Positions 60,384 to 64,000 of a DNA stretch of 64,000 nt are shown one piece after another (within the stretch, counting starts at the first letter, position 1; each line of letters begins with the position of its first letter). The position numbers and the translations under genes were made by a program. Origin of the DNA: an uncultured Candidatus Saccharibacteria bacterium (lineage in GTDB: Bacteria > Patescibacteriota > Minisyncoccia > SW-4-49-11); assembly GCA_964585065.1 (NCBI GenBank), contig CAZPCB010000002.1, positions 1,006 to 65,005 on the forward strand, in the 5' to 3' direction. The notes under the pieces are model-generated. The model searched no databases, was not told the DNA's origin, and saw only the letters and a program-made list of their open reading frames with translations.

Positions 60384-61952
60384 CTATTTCATTGCTTTCA
60401 TCATTTGTTTAGCAACAGCTTCAATAACGGGTACACTAACTGAATTCCCCGCTTGTTTATATAATGCAGAATCTGAAATATTTGGCAAAACATAATTCTT
60501 AGGAAATCCTTGAATTCTAAAGCACTCCAAAGGGGTTAACTTTCTAATACCTTTAGAATCCTTAATTATAGGTACATTATGTCCACCCATACCCATATTT
60601 GCAGTTAGTGTTGGACAAACCCCACTTTTATTTTCTCTAACATATTGTCTACGCCACTGGTAAACCTTTCCTTCTTCAACTACAAAATCTTTAAGTCTCT
60701 CAAATAGAGGTTTATTATTGTAATAATATTTTTCAGGAACATCTTTTTCCAGAAGATTAATAATATTTGTGGTTAGCTTTACTGGAGTAGGAAATTCAAA
60801 CTTATCAAAATAATATTTATTTTTAAAGCCTACAATATAAATCCGCTCTCTATTTTGTGGAATATTCCCATACTCCATGGTATTTAGAACCTTAGACCTT
60901 ACATAATAACCTAGTGATCTAAGAGTTTCCTCAATTACTTTGAATGTATTTCCCCCATCATGACTTTTTAGATTTTTAACATTTTCAAGCATAAATCCTT
61001 CTGGTTTTCTAGCTTCAATAATTTTTGCTATATCAAAAAATAAGTTACCTCTATTTTTGGGATCATCAAAACCTTTTCTATAGCCAGCAATTGAAAATGC
61101 CTGACAAGGAAATCCCCCTAAAATAAAGTCAAATTTGGGTAAATCATCTATTCCAACCTTTCGAATATCTTCTACAACAAGTTTAGATTTTTTAAAGTTT
61201 ACATCATAGGTATCTTTACATTTCGCATCAAAATCATTTGCAAATACCGTTTCAAATCCAGCATTTTCAAAACCAAGACGAATCCCCCCTACTCCAGCAA
61301 AAAGATCAATAGTCCTAAATCTAGGTATATTTTTTTGAATTTCTGGATGTATAGATTGATTAACAATATTGCTAATTACTTGAACTACAACACCTCTCAC
61401 CTCAACTTCTTTTCTATAAAATGGTAAAAGGTTTTGATTTCTAGGCTCAAGTCTAAACCTATCTTTTTCCCGATAGATTTTTTTTAGTGTGGCTTCATTA
61501 TCATCTATGATAGCAACCACAGTCTGCCCATTTTCTGCAACAGACTGCTTTTTAATAATAACAATATCACCATCAAAAATACCCTCATCAACCATACTAT
61601 CACCAGCTACTTTTAAAGCATAATAACCTTCAGAGGATCTAATACTAGGATTTACAATTGAAACCGTATTATCAATATTTTCTATTGCTTCGATAGGGCT
61701 TCCTGCAGCGATAATCCCAATAATAGGTATCTCTAGTATAGATTTTACATTTATTTGTGGAGACAAGGTTCTTGCTGAGTTTGAGAGATAACCTTTTAAT
61801 TTTAAGGTATTAATATGCTCATGAACTGTCGATACAGCCTTAAGATTTAAGTGTTTACGAATCTCTTCTATGGTAGGAGCTACACCAACCTCATTGATAT
61901 ATGAAGTTATGAAATCAAATACCTCTTTTTGTTTTTTTGTTAGTGTTGACAT
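60384..61952 (-). CDS. LexA repressor fused to DNA (cytosine-5) methyltransferase
   Basis: N-terminal LTKKQ..PTIEEI wHTH, IAAG cleavage site, GDSM and TLKK dyad; C-terminal DLFAGVGG, GFPCQAFS, ENV, QNRERIY, QAGNSV in one frame. Confidence 0.95.
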   Translation of the reverse strand: MSTLTKKQKEVFDFITSYINEVGVAPTIEEIRKHLNLKAVSTVHEHINTLKLKGYLSNSARTLSPQINVKSILEIPIIGIIAAGSPIEAIENIDNTVSIVNPSIRSSEGYYALKVAGDSMVDEGIFDGDIVIIKKQSVAENGQTVVAIIDDNEATLKKIYREKDRFRLEPRNQNLLPFYRKEVEVRGVVVQVISNIVNQSIHPEIQKNIPRFRTIDLFAGVGGIRLGFENAGFETVFANDFDAKCKDTYDVNFKKSKLVVEDIRKVGIDDLPKFDFILGGFPCQAFSIAGYRKGFDDPKNRGNLFFDIAKIIEARKPEGFMLENVKNLKSHDGGNTFKVIEETLRSLGYYVRSKVLNTMEYGNIPQNRERIYIVGFKNKYYFDKFEFPTPVKLTTNIINLLEKDVPEKYYYNNKPLFERLKDFVVEEGKVYQWRRQYVRENKSGVCPTLTANMGMGGHNVPIIKDSKGIRKLTPLECFRIQGFPKNYVLPNISDSALYKQAGNSVSVPVIEAVAKQMMKAMK

Positions 61953-61985
61953 ATTGACAATATTATTTATTTTCGCTACAATTAT

Positions 61986-62030
61986 ATTATATCCGAAAAA
62001 TAACCGAAATGTAAAGCTTAGTTATCCACA
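61986..62030 (-). promoter_or_regulatory. Promoter of lexA-MTase with a direct-repeat operator candidate and DnaA box
   Basis: Minus strand TTTACA-18-TATAAT; spacer holds TTCGG-N6-TTCGG (61993-62008); TTATCCACA at 62022-62030. Confidence 0.7.
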
Positions 62031-62033
62031 ATT

Positions 62034-62222
62034 ATGGACAGAGATAAAAAAATTAAATATTGGATAGATAGATTAATAATAAAAAATGCTGGAGTGCATT
62101 TATTTATATTCATTACGATATGTGCAATTCCATTAGCAGGATTTGAGATATTATTGAATGGTTATTATCAATTAGCATTTGTATCAACTGTAATTATAGA
62201 AGCATTAAATCCGACAAAATAG
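62034..62222 (+). CDS. Small hypothetical membrane protein
   Basis: 62-aa ORF with hydrophobic segments. Confidence 0.45.
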   Translation: MDRDKKIKYWIDRLIIKNAGVHLFIFITICAIPLAGFEILLNGYYQLAFVSTVIIEALNPTK

Positions 62223-62266
62223 AGTAGTTAATAAGGCCTAATCAATAGAAGAGACAATCGAGTAGT

Positions 62267-62509
62267 ATGACAAAAGATGAGGTGATACGTAAATTAAAGA
62301 ATAAAATAGCTGAACTTCAATTAGAGCCCGATACATTGATTGAAAGCACAACTGATAATACCGATATATTATCTTTGGTAGATAAATATAATCTTATGGT
62401 ACATATGATGAATAAAGCTGTTGATACTCAATTGGAATATATCCCTTATGAGCCTACTATACAGGAAATAGATGATATAATAGCTAGAAATAATACTCTG
62501 AGTAATTAG
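62267..62509 (+). CDS. Hypothetical protein
   Basis: 80-aa ORF. Confidence 0.6.
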   Translation: MTKDEVIRKLKNKIAELQLEPDTLIESTTDNTDILSLVDKYNLMVHMMNKAVDTQLEYIPYEPTIQEIDDIIARNNTLSN

Positions 62510-63042
62510 AGCTTTAAAAACTTTTGTATAAAAATATAATCTCTCATAATATTAAAAGCAGTATTATAAAATTTCACTTCTCCACGCAATAGCTGGGCTT
62601 TTTGTTCTTCAAAAAGCTGTATTACTTTATCTAAAGGTAAAACAAGAGTATAAAGTCCATTTTTTGACTCACTATCTGTTAATTGAGGCTTATCTTTGTC
62701 TCCAATTATATGAGCTGTATAGCAGTAATTGATATTATGTCTATTATCTCGAGTACGATAATCATCTACTACTCCTATTTCTTTACCAATCTCAACAGTA
62801 TAGCCAGTTTCTTCTCTACATTCTCGAATAATACCGTCAATAATTGATTCATTTTTCTCTATTCCACCACCAGGGAGAATAAAGAAAGAGTTTATTGTGT
62901 TTCCAATTAATACAATTTCATGAGAATTGTTTAATATAATAGCTTTCCCTGTAATACGATCTTTAAAAGTCTGATTTTCATTCACAGATGGTTGTTTATC
63001 AGGGAAAATATCTTTTTCTGTAAATGTTTTTAGATGTTCCAT
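62506..63042 (-). CDS. NUDIX hydrolase
   Basis: Nudix box PGGGIEKNESIIDGIIRECREETG. Confidence 0.93.
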   Translation of the reverse strand: MEHLKTFTEKDIFPDKQPSVNENQTFKDRITGKAIILNNSHEIVLIGNTINSFFILPGGGIEKNESIIDGIIRECREETGYTVEIGKEIGVVDDYRTRDNRHNINYCYTAHIIGDKDKPQLTDSESKNGLYTLVLPLDKVIQLFEEQKAQLLRGEVKFYNTAFNIMRDYIFIQKFLKL

Positions 63043-63157
63043 AAGGTTGAAAATAATTATTTGTATAATAACATAGGATTAAGAATAGAACTATTTATCA
63101 AACAAAAAAGCCCCGCGATGTACGGGGCTGGGTGTGTGAGGTGAGGATTTGGAGGGA

Positions 63158-63414
63158 TTAGCCGTCTTCCTCTGGATCTTCATCAAAGAAGGTATCTCTC
63201 AATACGGGATTTGTCCTCCCTATCATCTCCAGGATAACTCCAACATAATGGGAGTTGTCATCTGTATGAGATGGGGGGGGATGGTGTCTCCTTCTACCCA
63301 TAAGGGGTCAGTGACCTCTACAACTTCTCCTGGTGTGGGAGTTGTGTAGAGATAGGCTGATCCACCCCAGAGAGCTTTTCGGCTCTCCGAAAAGTAACCA
63401 TGAAAAGGTGTCAT
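63158..63414 (-). CDS. Small hypothetical gene, possibly frameshifted at a G8 tract
   Basis: ATG 63414 frame stops at 63223; one extra base in G8 (63273-63280) extends it to TAA 63158; promoter TTGACA-17-TAGGGT at 63443-63471; terminator at 63104-63129. Confidence 0.55.
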
Positions 63415-63510
63415 TGTAGTTGTGAACAATCAAAACAGTAATACCCTAACATATTTTTTGGTGTTTGTCAATAACTATCAACAAACACAATGGTGATATA
63501 GCGTAATATA

Positions 63511-63834
63511 TTATTCTCCTCCTTCAGATTCTCCTTCGCCTCCTCCAATAGTAAAGGTAGAGATAATTTGTTCTCGAACTGCAGAGATATTAGCTTGAAT
63601 AATTTCGGAAATAATATTCTGGGATTCTTGTTTTCCTTGCTCTATTCCTTCTTGTGCAATTTGTTCTCCTTCTTCAATAATAGGAGCAGATATATTAGCG
63701 ACAGGTTCAGAAAGATTGGCAATATTGGGCTTAATAAGGGTATTAAATGCTATAGCTCCTCCAACAAATCCTATAATAAGAAATATTCCAAGACCTATAA
63801 GGGTAAATAGTATGAATTTAGGTATTTTAGACAT
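63511..63834 (-). CDS. Hypothetical single-TM protein
   Basis: ATG 63834, TM helix, acidic tail. Confidence 0.7.
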   Translation of the reverse strand: MSKIPKFILFTLIGLGIFLIIGFVGGAIAFNTLIKPNIANLSEPVANISAPIIEEGEQIAQEGIEQGKQESQNIISEIIQANISAVREQIISTFTIGGGEGESEGGE

Positions 63835-64000
63835 ATTGAAATAATTAATTATGTTCATATAGTATAGCATAATTATAGAATAGAAAACACTTACATATAG
63901 CACAATTCTGGACAAAAGAGTATAATGAATCTATATAATCTGAATATATGATAGGATATTGGATATTAATAGCTAGCGTTATCACAGGGCAAATTACCCG

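Noticed and set aside
61946-61959. TTGACA-TA-TTGACA repeat at the lexA start
   Set aside because: Partly dictated by the Met-Ser-Thr codons; could be a divergent -35, but there is no independent support.
1-64000. Alternative genetic code (UGA=Gly, as in Gracilibacteria/Absconditabacteria)
   Set aside because: Long conserved genes (dnaE, uvrB, dnaA) are uninterrupted in code 11, and TGA ends plausible genes.

Overview
Low-GC chromosomal window read in genetic code 11. It most likely comes from a Patescibacteria/CPR bacterium; this is inferred from the AT-rich, SD-poor gene starts, the long ThyX, the MEMO-CapA fusion, the repeat and 'KPVIYLYP' surface proteins, and the compact dnaN-dnaA/rpmH-rnpA-yidC block. 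It contains the probable oriC (between dnaN and dnaA) and many core genes (alr, thyX, dcd, ftsEX, prfB, ychF, rpsF-ssb-rpsR-rpsT, holA, uvrB, dnaE, comM, dnaN, dnaA, rpmH, rnpA, yidC). The most interesting parts are: (1) a tRNA-Asn-anchored array (279-7460) in which unrelated gene blocks are separated by structured, co-varying repeats that regenerate the tRNA 3' end, with no integrase in view; (2) directly after it, a GC-richer cyanobacterial-type aldehyde-deformylating oxygenase plus fatty-acid desaturase pair without acyl-ACP reductase, near a DgkA-family kinase and a cyclopropane fatty acid synthase; (3) an unannotated 26-aa peptide gene ahead of M16 and S9 peptidases; (4) a full LexA fused to a C5 DNA methyltransferase, facing a putative restriction endonuclease, with a direct-repeat operator candidate; (5) a DnaA-box cluster hidden inside a glycosyltransferase gene, and two homopolymer tracts that may act as switches. 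All functional calls come from motif recognition by eye; no searches were run.
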